A DNA stretch of 64,000 bases, taken from contig CBDCYI010000009.1 in the NCBI GenBank assembly GCA_965224085.1, forward strand, positions 628,162 to 692,161. The letters are read 5' to 3'. The DNA is from Candidatus Marinacidobacterales bacterium. Lineage in GTDB: Bacteria > Acidobacteriota > Vicinamibacteria > Marinacidobacterales > SMYC01. The position numbers were made by a program, and so were the translations under genes. Below the pieces are notes generated by a model. The model made no database searches and was not told the origin of the DNA. It worked only from the letters and a program-made list of their open reading frames with translations. Positions 1 to 9,480 of this stretch are shown piece by piece; the first letter of the stretch is position 1; each line of letters starts with the position of its first letter.

Positions 1-178
1 AACAACGCCGCTCAGCGATGCGAGCGAGAGGGTTGGCGGCACAGAGAGTCGAGGCAAGGATCGGGTGCAAGATTCTCAACACCATGACGGCGCTCGGGAT
101 GCCTGATAGCGAGATGATCGGATGATGGGAGTCGGGGCCAAGCGAGCTCTCGGCCTCTATCGGAGTTGTGCACCGAGG
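1..178 (+). mobile_element. IS5-family element type A, partial right-end copy entering the window. It encodes the last ~41 aa of the DDE transposase (stop near 124) and the right IR (...GGAGTTGTGCACCgAGG).
   Basis: Bases 1-178 match the 3' end of the complete copies at 8398-9480 and 5187-6269. The protein tail ...[34 protein letters not shown] is identical. Confidence 0.85.
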
Positions 179-804
179 CAGCGTCGTCTTGCAGCGAAGG
201 CGAAGGTGTTGAGCAGGGATAGCCTGAATGAAATCGCGGATCCGGTGACGCCGGACACGTTGTTACGCTGGTACACACGGCTCATCGCGAAGAAATACGA
301 CGGGAGCCAGAACCGAGGTCCAGGAAGGCCTCGCGTGGCAGAAACGATACGCGAACTGGTGGTCCGGATGGCGATGGAGAATTCGATCTGGGGCTATACG
401 AGGATTTGCCGGGCTCTCCGCAATCTAGGCCATGACGTCAGCCGAAACACTGTGAAGCGCATCCTCGCGGAGCACGGAATTGAGCCCGCCCCAAAGCGCC
501 GAAAGCGAATCCCGTGGAGTACGTTTCTGAAAGCTCATTGGGGAGCGATCGTGGTGACGGATTTCTTCACGGTAGAAGTACTGACCGCCCGTGGGTTAAT
601 TCGCTACTTCGTGCTTTTCGTCATCGACCTCAAGACGCGCCGCGTGGAGATCGCTGGCATCAGCCCTACGGCGAATGGATGACGCAGCTGGCGCGAAACC
701 TGACCGATGTGCTTGATGGGTTTCTTCGAGACACCCGATTTCTCATCCACGATCGCGACCCGCTGTTTTCAGCGACATTCCGCGCGAGAAGGGCCACTAA
801 TTAA
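179..804 (+). pseudogene. Remnant of an rve/IS481-like DDE integrase-type transposase. Its N-terminus was removed by the IS5-A insertion, it is frameshifted near 660, and it stops early.
   Basis: Two overlapping frames (122-682 and 514-804) together give ...[48 protein letters not shown]...[12 protein letters not shown]...[21 protein letters not shown] / [36 protein letters not shown]. This is the typical HTH plus start of an rve DDE core. Confidence 0.55.
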
Positions 805-1097
805 TGATGTCGTTCGGTCGAGTTTTGGCACAATACGGGGTCGCCAGTTGGCATAGCGGGTCCCACCCTCCAAGGTTGCATCTGTCTGACCTCAGCTACT
901 GGCATCCTAGTCCATGCACCCGGTCTTCTGAAAGCGCTTTGTCCTGGCCGGGCAAAGGGCGTAGGATCTAGCGAGCGGACGACTTGTGAACCCGCTGGTT
1001 CCCCAAGGGTCCGCGACCCGAGAGCGCGGGGCAGGCGCTTGTCACTCGGAATCGACCCGAATCGACCGAGTGCGTTGTCGTAGGGAAGGGAGTTGCC

Positions 1098-2264
1098 ATG
1101 TCATCGTTACGAGCCGTGAAGTCCGTGTTGTTTGTCTGCACCGTGTTCCTGCTGGCCGGCTGCGCGTCGGAATCAGAGGCTCCGGAGGCTACGGCGGAGC
1201 CGCCGGCGATGCCCACCGGTAACCCAATCACTGGAGAAGGGCTGCCGAACCCGGCCCCGACCGTGACGACGAACTGGGGTACGCTGCCCGAGGGGCGAGA
1301 GTGGGGCTCGACCGCCGGTATCGACATCGCTCCGATCGACGGGCACATCTGGGCGTATGAGCGCTGCGGCGCGGGCACGTTCGGTGCCGGGACTCCCGTC
1401 AACTGCGACAACAACCCGGTGGACCCGATCTTCAAGTTCGACCGAAACACCGGCGAGGTGCTCGCCAACTTCGGCGGCGGCGTCATGGTCACCCCGCACG
1501 GCATCCACGTCGACGCCGAAGGCAACGTCTGGGTGACGGACTTCGCCGGGAACACCGAGGGGACGAAGGGGCATCAGGTGCACAAGTTCAGCCCCGACGG
1601 CGAGCTCCTGATGAGTCTCGGCACGCCGGGGCAGCCCGGCAGCGGCCCGAACCAATTCAACCAGCCCAACGACGTGATCACCGCGCCGAACGGGAACGTC
1701 TTCGTCGCCGACGGCCACAGCGGTCAGGGTATGACGACCTACCAGGCGATGCAGGAAGGCCTCGAGGCAGGGCAGACGGCCCGCATCCTCAAGTTCTCGC
1801 CAGACGGGACCTTCATCAAAGAGTGGGGCCAGATCGGCGTCCGGCACGGTGAGTTCCGGACGCCGCACGGGCTGGCCTTCGATTCGCAGGGTCGCCTCTG
1901 GGTCGCGGACCGCGCCAATCACCGCCTCGAGATCTTCGACCAGGAGGGCAACTACCTCGAGTCGCGTTACGCGTACGGGCGCATCAGCGGCATCTTCATC
2001 AAAGACGACAAGGTGTACGCGATCGACTCCGAGTCGAGCCCGACCAACCACCCGAACTGGCGGAACGGTGTCCGCATCGGACCGGTGGACGGGGATTACA
2101 TCACCGCCTTCATTCCGCCGTTCGAGCGTGAGAACAGGGTCTATCAGGGCACAGCGGGCGAGGGCGTCGCGGTCGACGTGGACGGCAACGTGTACGCCGC
2201 GGAAGGGCCGAACTCGCTGAGCTACGCCGGTGGCGCGTTTACCAAGTACTCGGTGGGCAGGTAG
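1098..2264 (+). CDS. NHL-repeat beta-propeller lipoprotein.
   Basis: Lipoprotein signal MSSLRAVKSVLFVCTVFLLAGC, followed by repeated NHL-like units (GNVWVTDFAGN..., NGNVFVADGHSG..., QGRLWVADRANHRLEIFD). Confidence 0.7.
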   Translation: MSSLRAVKSVLFVCTVFLLAGCASESEAPEATAEPPAMPTGNPITGEGLPNPAPTVTTNWGTLPEGREWGSTAGIDIAPIDGHIWAYERCGAGTFGAGTPVNCDNNPVDPIFKFDRNTGEVLANFGGGVMVTPHGIHVDAEGNVWVTDFAGNTEGTKGHQVHKFSPDGELLMSLGTPGQPGSGPNQFNQPNDVITAPNGNVFVADGHSGQGMTTYQAMQEGLEAGQTARILKFSPDGTFIKEWGQIGVRHGEFRTPHGLAFDSQGRLWVADRANHRLEIFDQEGNYLESRYAYGRISGIFIKDDKVYAIDSESSPTNHPNWRNGVRIGPVDGDYITAFIPPFERENRVYQGTAGEGVAVDVDGNVYAAEGPNSLSYAGGAFTKYSVGR

Positions 2265-2361
2265 TAGCCCGGGCCCGCGGGTGCTTCCGCTATTAAGTGT
2301 TGGGAGTATGGTGCTAAGGCTTTTGGTTACAACAAATTACAGCCCAATTAGCGCTCGTTAC

Positions 2362-2424
2362 CTTTGCTGCGCGCCAAATCGGGCGTAAGCGCATTTCTTG
2401 CAAGAGGATGCATGCCATCACCAA
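2362..2424 (+). repeat. Left copy of a ~50-60 bp imperfect direct repeat (gcgtaagcgcatttcttgcaagaggatgcatgccatcaccaacggta) flanking the IS6 element.
   Basis: Matches 3473-3522 at roughly 80% identity in direct orientation. Confidence 0.6.
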
Positions 2425-3237
2425 CGGTATTGTCAAGTTGACGTTGAGCGAGCGAACCTATTGCGTCGAGCTGACTTCCTTTGCTCTCATCGGACGGCAC
2501 AGGTTACCTCCTGCCAGACGATGAAAGCGCGGTCTCGTAGCTCCCGATGATGATGCGCTTGCAACAAATGCCGTCCGACGCGAAAGAGGTTTTGCACGAG
2601 TCCATGCACGGTCAAGAATCGTTGCGCCTGCCCAGGAGCTTTAAACTTCCGCATCTGTCGTTCCCGTTGTCGCGTCGGTTCGTGCGAGACTTCGGCTAGG
2701 TTGTTTCTGTACTGGTCAGTGTCGTGGACGACGGACGGCATGACCTCGCGGTGAGCGGCACTGTAGCTTCTCAGTTTGTCGGTGACCAGCTGCCAGGGCG
2801 GACGGCCTTGCCCTTTCAACAGCTTGCGGAAGAATCGTTTGGCGGCTTTCTGATCACGGCGAGGCTGGACGAGGATATCAATCACATCACCATCTTGGTC
2901 TACCGCGCGCCAGAGGTATTGGCGTTCGCCTTGTATCTTTATGAAGACCTCGTCCAGGAGCCACGTGTCACCAAGGCGACCCTGCCGACGCTTCAGTCGC
3001 CGAGCGTATTCCGGCCCGAACTTGATGCACCAAAGTCGGATCGCTTCGTAGGAAACCGTGATGCCTCGCTGAGCAAGCAGCTCTTCGACGTTTCGAAAGC
3101 TCACGCAGAATCGGTGGTAGAGCCAGACGGCGTGGCTGATGATTTCCGGTGGAAATCGATAGCCGTGGTAGCTTGGCGCATCGGTCTTCATTGGACCATT
3201 CTGTCAGTCACCAGCTCAATTTGACAGCAATGGCACC
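2425..3237 (-). mobile_element. IS6-family insertion sequence, about 810 bp, with imperfect terminal IRs of about 17-24 bp.
   Basis: A 234-aa IS6/IS26-like transposase lies inside. The left end ttgtcaagttgacgttgagc versus the reverse complement of the right end ctgtcaaattgagctgg match at about 12/17. The size fits the IS6 family (~0.8 kb). Confidence 0.65.
2487..3191 (-). CDS. IS6-family (IS26-like) DDE transposase.
   Basis: MKTDAPSYHGYRFPPEIISHAVWLYHRFCVSFRNVEELLAQRGITVSYEAIRLWCIKFGPEYARRLKRR...DEVFIKIQGERQYLWRAVD...VTDKLRSY... is collinear with IS26 Tnp26 motifs. Confidence 0.85.
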   Translation of the reverse strand: MKTDAPSYHGYRFPPEIISHAVWLYHRFCVSFRNVEELLAQRGITVSYEAIRLWCIKFGPEYARRLKRRQGRLGDTWLLDEVFIKIQGERQYLWRAVDQDGDVIDILVQPRRDQKAAKRFFRKLLKGQGRPPWQLVTDKLRSYSAAHREVMPSVVHDTDQYRNNLAEVSHEPTRQRERQMRKFKAPGQAQRFLTVHGLVQNLFRVGRHLLQAHHHRELRDRAFIVWQEVTCAVR

Positions 3238-3472
3238 GCCCGTGCGGGCGGAGGTCATCGGGGAGTGACCGAAATCGTTCGTTCACTCGAAAGTACCCTT
3301 CGCGGGAAGTGTGCAGGAGCGTGTAGTGCGGGAAAGCCGCACGCTGCGTGCGATGTGGCGGGGGCTGGAAACGGACTTACGGTGCGGCTAGTGAGGCACT
3401 CCCACAGGAAACGGGGAGAAACAGATAGGCCGCGCCTACGGAGCACCGCGCCAGCCCTCGACCCTACCGGGA

Positions 3473-3522
3473 GCGTAAGCGCCTCTTTTGCAAAGGGATG
3501 CGTACACATCACCAACAGTAAA
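3473..3522 (+). repeat. Right copy of the direct repeat seen at 2362-2424, lying about 235 bp beyond the IS6 right end.
   Basis: gcgtaagcgcctcttttgcaaagggatgcgtacacatcaccaacagta matches the left copy. Confidence 0.55.
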
Positions 3523-3827
3523 CAGCGCAAGCACCAGCACCGGCCATCGTGCCTCTCTCCTATCCTAGGAGGGCACCGTTCACGATTTTACTTGACCGAC
3601 CGACTTAGTCAGACGTAGGATCCTTAAAGTGGTAATGAAATTCAATTTCAACAGTGCCCAATTGCTGCAGAGACGCCGGGCACACGCTCTACAGAGACGT
3701 CGCCTGTTACGAACGAACGGTGGAGAGGCTGATGAAGTGTTCTAAACCCTGAGGCAAAAAACGCTCGCCGGATGTTGCCACACCCGGCGAGCTTGCACGA
3801 ACGCACGGTCCACAAACCTAATCACAC

Positions 3828-5186
3828 ATGAAGATGCGCGACAACGCTCGCTCACTGCATTTTAGCGGCGAGAGGGTGTGGCGCGCAACTAAGAGGAGTG
3901 CCATGACTCATATCGCTCGGCTTCTATTGTGCTCGACCCTCTTTCTCTCACCCGTCGGCTCGACGCTCGCTGCAGCGGCTGATGAGCAACTCGGCGTGTT
4001 GGTCGTGGCTCATGGCTCGACGGCGGCGTGGAATGCCAACGTCGAAGCCGTGGGGACGATTATTCAACAACACATGCCATCTAAAGCGGCGTACCTGATG
4101 GGTGCGAAGAACCGCACACCGCAGGAGGCGTACGACGAACTGGTCGCGGCTGGTGTCCAGCGGATTGTCGTCGTGCCGCTCCTGGTGTCTTCCTACAACT
4201 CGCACTACGAACAGGTCCGCTTCATTGGCCGCCTTCGCGACGATTACCCGGGCTCCGAACGGATGAAACTCACGCCGCTGCACGGGCCTGCTGACGTTGT
4301 CGACGTTACGCCGGCGCTTGATGCAGATCCGATCCTCGCTGACATCTTGTCCGACCGGGCGCGTGCGCTCAGTCGTGACCCATCCACGGAAAGCCTCGTC
4401 ATCGTGGCACACGGGCCGAACAGCGCCGCAGACGCAGACCGGTGGATGGACGTGATCCGAGAACTTGGTGTCCAAATCCTGTCCCTCGTGCCGTTTAAGG
4501 AGGTCGACGTCCGCCTCTTGCGGGACGATGCGCCCACACCGGTCAAAGACCAGGCGCTCGCGGAGCTCAGACACTCGGTGGCCAACCGTTCAGCGTCGGG
4601 GCGGGTCGTCGTCGTGCCGCTCTTGCTCGGGCCGGGACGCGTCGTCGACCAGATACCCAATGTACTCACTGGATTGGATTACCTCTGGGACGGTCGACCC
4701 GTGCTCCCGGACAGCCGGATCGCTGACTGGGTCATGTTCCAGGTCGAGCATGTATCGGCGCAGCAAGATGCAGCCAGCCGGCAGTCGACAGATGATTTGC
4801 TGACTTTCTTCGATTCCGTGACCGTGACCGCGACGCTCCGGCCGTCGCCGGTACGGGAGATCCCCGGCATGGTGACGGTCGTCGACAGCGAGGTCATTCA
4901 GGCGAGGCTATTCGAGAACCTGTCTGATCTCGTCAAGTACGAACCCGGGGTGTACATCGAAAACAATATGACCCGTCTTGGTCTCAACGGATTCAACATC
5001 CGCGGCATCGGAAGGGATCGCGTGATGACGCAGGTGGACGGCATTCAGACGTCGGAGCAGTTCGACTTCGGGCCTTTCAGCGTGCATCAGCTGGCGCTCG
5101 ATCTCGATGCGTTGAAATCCGTCGAGATCGTGCGGAGTTCCAACTCGGCGCTCTACGGCAGCGATGCCCTCGGCGGCGTGGTGTTG
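3828..5186 (+). pseudogene. 5' portion of a TonB-dependent receptor gene: signal peptide, a tandem CbiX/SirB-like chelatase-fold N-terminal extension, a TonB box (DSVTVTA) and the plug domain. The barrel is lost to the IS5-A insertion at 5187.
   Basis: LGVLVVAHGSTAAW...RIVVVPLLVSSYNSH... and SLVIVAHGPNSA...VVVVPLLLGPGRVVDQIP are CbiX-like repeats. The plug motifs VTVVDSEVIQARLFENLSDLVKYEPGVYIE...GFNIRGIGRDRVMTQVDGI...SVEIVRSSNSALYGSDALGGVV follow. The ORF reads straight into the IS IR. Confidence 0.7.
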
Positions 5187-6269
5187 CCTTGGTGCACAAC
5201 TCCGATAGAGGCCGAGAGCTCGCTTGGCCCCGACTCCCATCACCCGATCATCTCGCTATCAGGCATCCCGAGCGCCGTCATGGTGTTGAGAATCTTGCAC
5301 CCGATCCTTGCCTCGACTCTCTGTGCCGCCAACCCTCTCGCTCGCATCGCTGAGCCCACGATAGCCTTGTAGCGATGGAACGTTGTCTCGACTTTGCTCC
5401 GTTTGCTGTAGCCCGATTCTGTGTGCCACTTTCGTTTGCCGAGCCGAGCTTGTGCTGCAATGTTGCGATTGCGCTGTCGGCTGCTCGCCGGCCCCGATGC
5501 GAGCAGGGCGCCCTTGCGCGGCGGTATCAGCACCCTCGGCGAGCGATGAGCGCTGTGATTCTCGATTGCCTCATAGACGCCGCTGGCGTCGTATGCGGTG
5601 TCAGCTCTGGCCGATGAGATGGGACTGTCGCTCTGTCCGACAAGCGATGCAACCCGCGATGAATCGCGGGCTCTTTTGCTCGTCAGCTCGCCGGCGACGA
5701 CTTCGCCAGTCTGCTCGTCGACACACAGATGGAGCTTGCGATAGTCCCTGCTCTTTTGTGCTCTGCGCAGCTGGCCGGCGTGGACAGCGAGACCGCTGCT
5801 GTCGATCAAGATGTGCAACGGCGTCTTCTGCTTGTCTTGGTAGAAGGGGACCTTACCCAGCTTCGCCTTGCGCCTCGAAATCGTGGTGTGATCGGGCACA
5901 TCATTGTCTAGCTTCATCAGAGCGAACAACGACCGCAGCAATCCCTCGCTCTGCCTAGATGACAGATGAAACACCATGCCCAGGGTGACAGCCGTCTCGA
6001 TGGCGTGGTTCGAGTACTTGCGTTGACGGCCCGGTTTCCTCCTCCTCGGCCGGGGCGCGTCCCAGTTCACAAGCTTGCCGGCGGTGAGCGAGATCCAGAC
6101 GGTCAGGCTCCCACGGTTGCGTAGACCCGCCTCATATTCACGCCAATTCCTCACGCGATAGGCCTTCTTCACATACTTCCGCTGAGTGCGTTTGAAAATG
6201 CTCATGGGGAACCTCGAATCCGTGAGTAAAGGACAATTGTGGACCGAGATCGCGAGTTGTGCACCAAGG
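5187..6269 (-). mobile_element. IS5-family element type A, complete copy (1083 bp) with 16-bp IRs CCTTGGTGCACAACTC.
   Basis: About 99% identical to 8398-9480 in inverted orientation. Terminal IRs are present at both ends. Confidence 0.9.
5240..6205 (-). CDS. IS5-family DDE transposase (type A), 321 aa.
   Basis: MSIFKRTQRKYVKKAYRVRNWREYEAGLRNRGSLTVW...LHILIDSSGLAVHAG...YRKLHLCVDEQTGEVVAGELTS...ADTAYD... is near-identical to the ORF at 8462-9427. Confidence 0.9.
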   Translation of the reverse strand: MSIFKRTQRKYVKKAYRVRNWREYEAGLRNRGSLTVWISLTAGKLVNWDAPRPRRRKPGRQRKYSNHAIETAVTLGMVFHLSSRQSEGLLRSLFALMKLDNDVPDHTTISRRKAKLGKVPFYQDKQKTPLHILIDSSGLAVHAGQLRRAQKSRDYRKLHLCVDEQTGEVVAGELTSKRARDSSRVASLVGQSDSPISSARADTAYDASGVYEAIENHSAHRSPRVLIPPRKGALLASGPASSRQRNRNIAAQARLGKRKWHTESGYSKRSKVETTFHRYKAIVGSAMRARGLAAQRVEARIGCKILNTMTALGMPDSEMIG

Positions 6270-6439
6270 CAACACATTGATGATGCTGTGGATCTACGTT
6301 AACGAGGTCAACAAGATGCTCGCATGGAACAACTTTAACCTCCTGAATTACCTACCGCCATTGGCCTTCTTCATAAGCAGGGATGGTGTTGACAATTAGG
6401 TGGTGCGGACTCCAATTATTTCCGTTTCGTCCATTAACC

Positions 6440-6507
6440 CCAATGGTTGGTGTATGACCAACGCATAGTGTAGGGTAGAAGGTGTATATTTTATTCTACC
6501 TGGAGAG
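6440..6507 (+). promoter_or_regulatory. Putative vapBC promoter/operator: a TATATT -10 element (about 6485-6490) sits inside a perfect 7-bp inverted repeat GGTAGAA...TTCTACC (6474-6500), followed by a GGAGAG RBS.
   Basis: Palindrome read directly from the sequence. An upstream TTGACA is at 6389-6394. Type II antitoxins typically autoregulate through such operators. Confidence 0.45.
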
Positions 6508-6771
6508 ATGGTGATGGGCCTCAACATCAAGAATGACGAAACCTGTCAACTTGCTGGCGAACTGGCGCGGTTGACTGGCGAGACCATGACTGGCGCGATT
6601 ACCGTCGCGCTGCGCGAACGCCTCGAGCGCGAGAAACGCGAGCGCAGCATCGAGGCTCGAGTTCAAGAACTGCGTGCCATCGCAAAGCGCTGTGCCAAGC
6701 TGCTGGGCCCGGGACCCTCGGCCGTGGAGCATGGCGATGTGCTCTACGACGAGCGAGGATTGCCCAAGTGA
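6508..6771 (+). CDS. vapB: Type II antitoxin, VapB-like.
   Basis: Small (87 aa) protein immediately upstream of a PIN toxin, with a 4-bp overlap (GTGA). Confidence 0.75.
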   Translation: MVMGLNIKNDETCQLAGELARLTGETMTGAITVALRERLEREKRERSIEARVQELRAIAKRCAKLLGPGPSAVEHGDVLYDERGLPK

Positions 6772-7154
6772 TCGTCGATAGCTCGGCGGTGCTCGCCGTT
6801 CTGTACCGCGAGCCGGACGCGGAACGCTACGAGACGGCGATCGCCGCTGCCCTGAATTGCCGCATGTCGGTCGCCAATGTGCTGGAGGCATCCATCGTTG
6901 TGGAAGGCCGCGGCGGCGAAGCGGCGGGGCATGAACTCGATGTGTTCCTGGACAAGGCCGGGATCGCGTTGACGCCGGTCATGGTCGAACATATTGAAGC
7001 AGCCCGCTTGGCTTGGCGGCGCTTCGGCAAGGGCAATCACCAGGCGGCGCTGAATTTCGGTGACTGTTTCGCCTACGCGCTCGCGAAAACGACGGGTGAG
7101 CCGCTCCTGTTCAAGGGCAAGGACTTCGCCCAAACAGATATCGAGCCGGCATGA
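6768..7154 (+). CDS. vapC: PIN-domain toxin VapC.
   Basis: MIVDSSAVLAVL...E...D shows PIN acidic residues. It is 128 aa and translationally coupled to the antitoxin. Confidence 0.8.
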   Translation: MIVDSSAVLAVLYREPDAERYETAIAAALNCRMSVANVLEASIVVEGRGGEAAGHELDVFLDKAGIALTPVMVEHIEAARLAWRRFGKGNHQAALNFGDCFAYALAKTTGEPLLFKGKDFAQTDIEPA

Positions 7155-7579
7155 GCGAAAGCCCAGATTATAGCTTCCCTGCCTTGGCGGGCCGCGCGTG
7201 CTGGCAGCGCAGGATCTGAACGAGCTGGTCGCGGAACTCGCCTCGCGACCCGGAGAGACATCGTTTGCTGGCCGCTAAATTAGCGGCGGGCCGAGGTTAT
7301 CCGCGCCTTGCGCAAGCCGCTTCAAATCCTCGGCCAACGCTTCGGTCCGCCCCAGCGGCGACTTCCGGAGCCTGTCCCCTTGCTACACGACCAGCTTGTT
7401 TTTTGTACAGTGAGTTGTTTGAGTTCCTTGTCCGGTTTCGTTATTTGTCCCCTTAGAGTTGTTCGAGGTCTGACCGGCGAATCCGCCACCCGCCGGCCTT
7501 GATTGCCTTGATTGCCTTGATTTTCCCGCTCTTAATTTCCCGCACCAGCCACGCTTTAGGCATTCTGCGCCCGAAGGGT

Positions 7580-8397
7580 GGCGTTGTTGCACCGCTCTTG
7601 GCTGAGCGCGAAATCTACCCTATGGTGGTGGCCGAGGTAATGTTCGACCATGAAGTATCCCAAGCGCAGCCAGTACAAACACGCGAAACAGAAGAAGTAC
7701 CACGTTTCCAACTGGGCGGAATACAACGAAGGGCTGCGCCGCCGGGGCGATTTGACGGTTTGGTTTGACGAGGAGGCAATCGCGAACTGGAAGGCCGACA
7801 AGAGCGGTAAGCTTGGCGGTCAACGGGTCTATTCAGAGATGGCGATTGAAACGGGCCTGGTTGTCCGGATGGTGTACAAGCTTGCCTACCGCCAAACCGA
7901 AGGCTTCTTGCACTCGATCGCCTCGCTTCTCCGGCTGTGTATCGAGATCCCGGACTACTCGACGTTGTGTCGGCGGTCGAGGCTGCTCCGCAAGAAGCTG
8001 CGGATTCGGAAAGCCGCAAGCAATCAACCAATCCACCTGATGATCGATAGCACGGGCTTGAGGATTCATGTTGGAACCACCCGCAAACCGCCAAAGCAGC
8101 GCGCCTGGCGCAAGTTGCACATCGCCGTTGATCGCAAGACCGGCAACATTGTTGCGTCCGAACTGACGGTGTCACGAGCTCGCGACGCAACGCGAGTCCC
8201 CCCTTTGCTAACACAGATTCAAGCACCTATAGCGTCGGTGGCGGCGGACAGTGCATACGACAAGGAAGCGGTCTACGAAGCCATCGAAGCGCACAGCCCT
8301 GAACGAAGGACGCGCGTGGTGATTCCGCCGCAACGAAACGCCACGCTCAGTCAGAATTCGAACACCGCAATGCGGGAACGCGACCGCCATATTCGTG
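7580..8397 (+). mobile_element. IS5-family element type B, 3'-truncated copy (left IR GGCGTTGTTGCACCGC plus 5' 75% of the transposase). It was cut by insertion of IS5-A at 8398.
   Basis: Identical left end and ORF to the full copy at 15884-16969. Homology stops at ...cgccatattcgtgc, where the IS5-A IR begins. Confidence 0.85.
7650..8397 (+). pseudogene. IS5-B transposase, C-terminally truncated (about 249 of 320 aa).
   Basis: MKYPKRSQYKHAKQKKYHVSNWAEYNEGLRRRGDLTVWFDEEAI... matches the 320-aa ORF at 15952-16914 up to ...RERDRHIRA. Confidence 0.85.
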
Positions 8398-9480
8398 CCT
8401 TGGTGCACAACTCGCGATTTCGGTCCACAATTGTCCTTTACTCACGGATTCGAGGTTCCCCATGAGCATTTTCAAACGCACTCAGCGGAAGTATGTGAAG
8501 AAGGCCTATCGCGTGAGGAATTGGCGTGAATATGAGGCGGGTCTACGCAATCGCGGGAGCCTGACCGTCTGGATCTCGCTCACCGCCGGCAAGCTTGTGA
8601 ACTGGGACGCGCCCCGGCCGAGGAGGAGGAAACCGGGCCGTCAACGCAAGTACTCGAACCACGCCATCGAGACGGCTGTCACCCTGGGCATGGTGTTTCA
8701 TCTGTCATCTAGGCAGAGCGAGGGATTGCTGCGGTCGTTGTTCGCTCTGATGAAGCTAGACAATGATGTGCCCGATCACACCACGATCTCGAGGCGCAAG
8801 GCGAAGCTGGATAAGGTCCCCTTCTACCAAGACAAGCAGAAGACGCCGTTGCACATCTTGATCGACAGCAGCGGTCTCGCTGTCCACGCCGGCCAGCTGC
8901 GCAGAGCACCAAATAGCAGGGACTATCGCAAGCTCCATCTGTGTGTCGACGAGCAGACGGGCGAAGTCGTCGCCGGCGAGCTGACGAGCAAAAGAGCCCG
9001 CGATTCATCGCAGGTTGCATCGCTTGTCGGACAGAGCGACAGTCCCATCTCATCGGCCAGAGCTGACACCGCATACGACGCCAGCGGCGTCTATGAGGCA
9101 ATCGAGAATCACAGCGCTCATCGCTCGCCGAGGGTGCTGATACCGCCGCGCAAGGGCGCCCAGCTCGCATCGGGGCCGGCGAGCAGCCGACAGCGCAATC
9201 GCAACATTGCAGCACAAGCTCGGCTCGGCAAACGAAAGTGGCACACAGAATCGGGCTACAGCAAACGGAGCAAAGTCGAGACAACGTTCCATCGCTACAA
9301 GGCTATCGTGGGCTCAGCGATGCGAGCGAGAGGGTTGGCGGCACAAAGAGTCGAGGCAAGGATCGGGTGCAAGATTCTCAACACGATGACGGCGCTCGGG
9401 ATGCCTGATAGCGAGATGATCGGATGATGGGAGTCGGGGCCAAGCGAGCTCTCGGCCTCTATCGGAGTTGTGCACCAAGG
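8398..9480 (+). mobile_element. IS5-family element type A, complete copy (1083 bp).
   Basis: IRs CCTTGGTGCACAACTC at both ends. It is inserted into IS5-B on one side and into hsdS on the other. Confidence 0.9.
8462..9427 (+). CDS. IS5-family DDE transposase (type A), 321 aa.
   Basis: Same protein as 5240-6205 with about 5 aa differences. Confidence 0.9.
   Translation: MSIFKRTQRKYVKKAYRVRNWREYEAGLRNRGSLTVWISLTAGKLVNWDAPRPRRRKPGRQRKYSNHAIETAVTLGMVFHLSSRQSEGLLRSLFALMKLDNDVPDHTTISRRKAKLDKVPFYQDKQKTPLHILIDSSGLAVHAGQLRRAPNSRDYRKLHLCVDEQTGEVVAGELTSKRARDSSQVASLVGQSDSPISSARADTAYDASGVYEAIENHSAHRSPRVLIPPRKGAQLASGPASSRQRNRNIAAQARLGKRKWHTESGYSKRSKVETTFHRYKAIVGSAMRARGLAAQRVEARIGCKILNTMTALGMPDSEMIG

Noticed and set aside
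3600-3830. Possible cobalamin riboswitch upstream of the CbiX-TonB receptor gene.
   Set aside because: I could not find a B12-box-like core or the characteristic paired elements by eye. It is left as untested (a covariance-model scan would settle it) rather than called.
5383-5958. Cysteine-rich 191-aa ORF, repeated at 8709-9284, antisense to the IS5-A transposase.
   Set aside because: Its conservation between copies only reflects the near-identity of the IS copies. The sense-strand transposase is unambiguous and the antisense product has no recognisable fold.
7265-7580. Possible hsdM remnant or other gene between vapC and IS5-B; contains a 3x gccttgatt tandem.
   Set aside because: No frame gives methyltransferase motifs (no DPPY/NPPF, no AdoMet-binding motif). 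Treated as non-coding junk between mobile elements.
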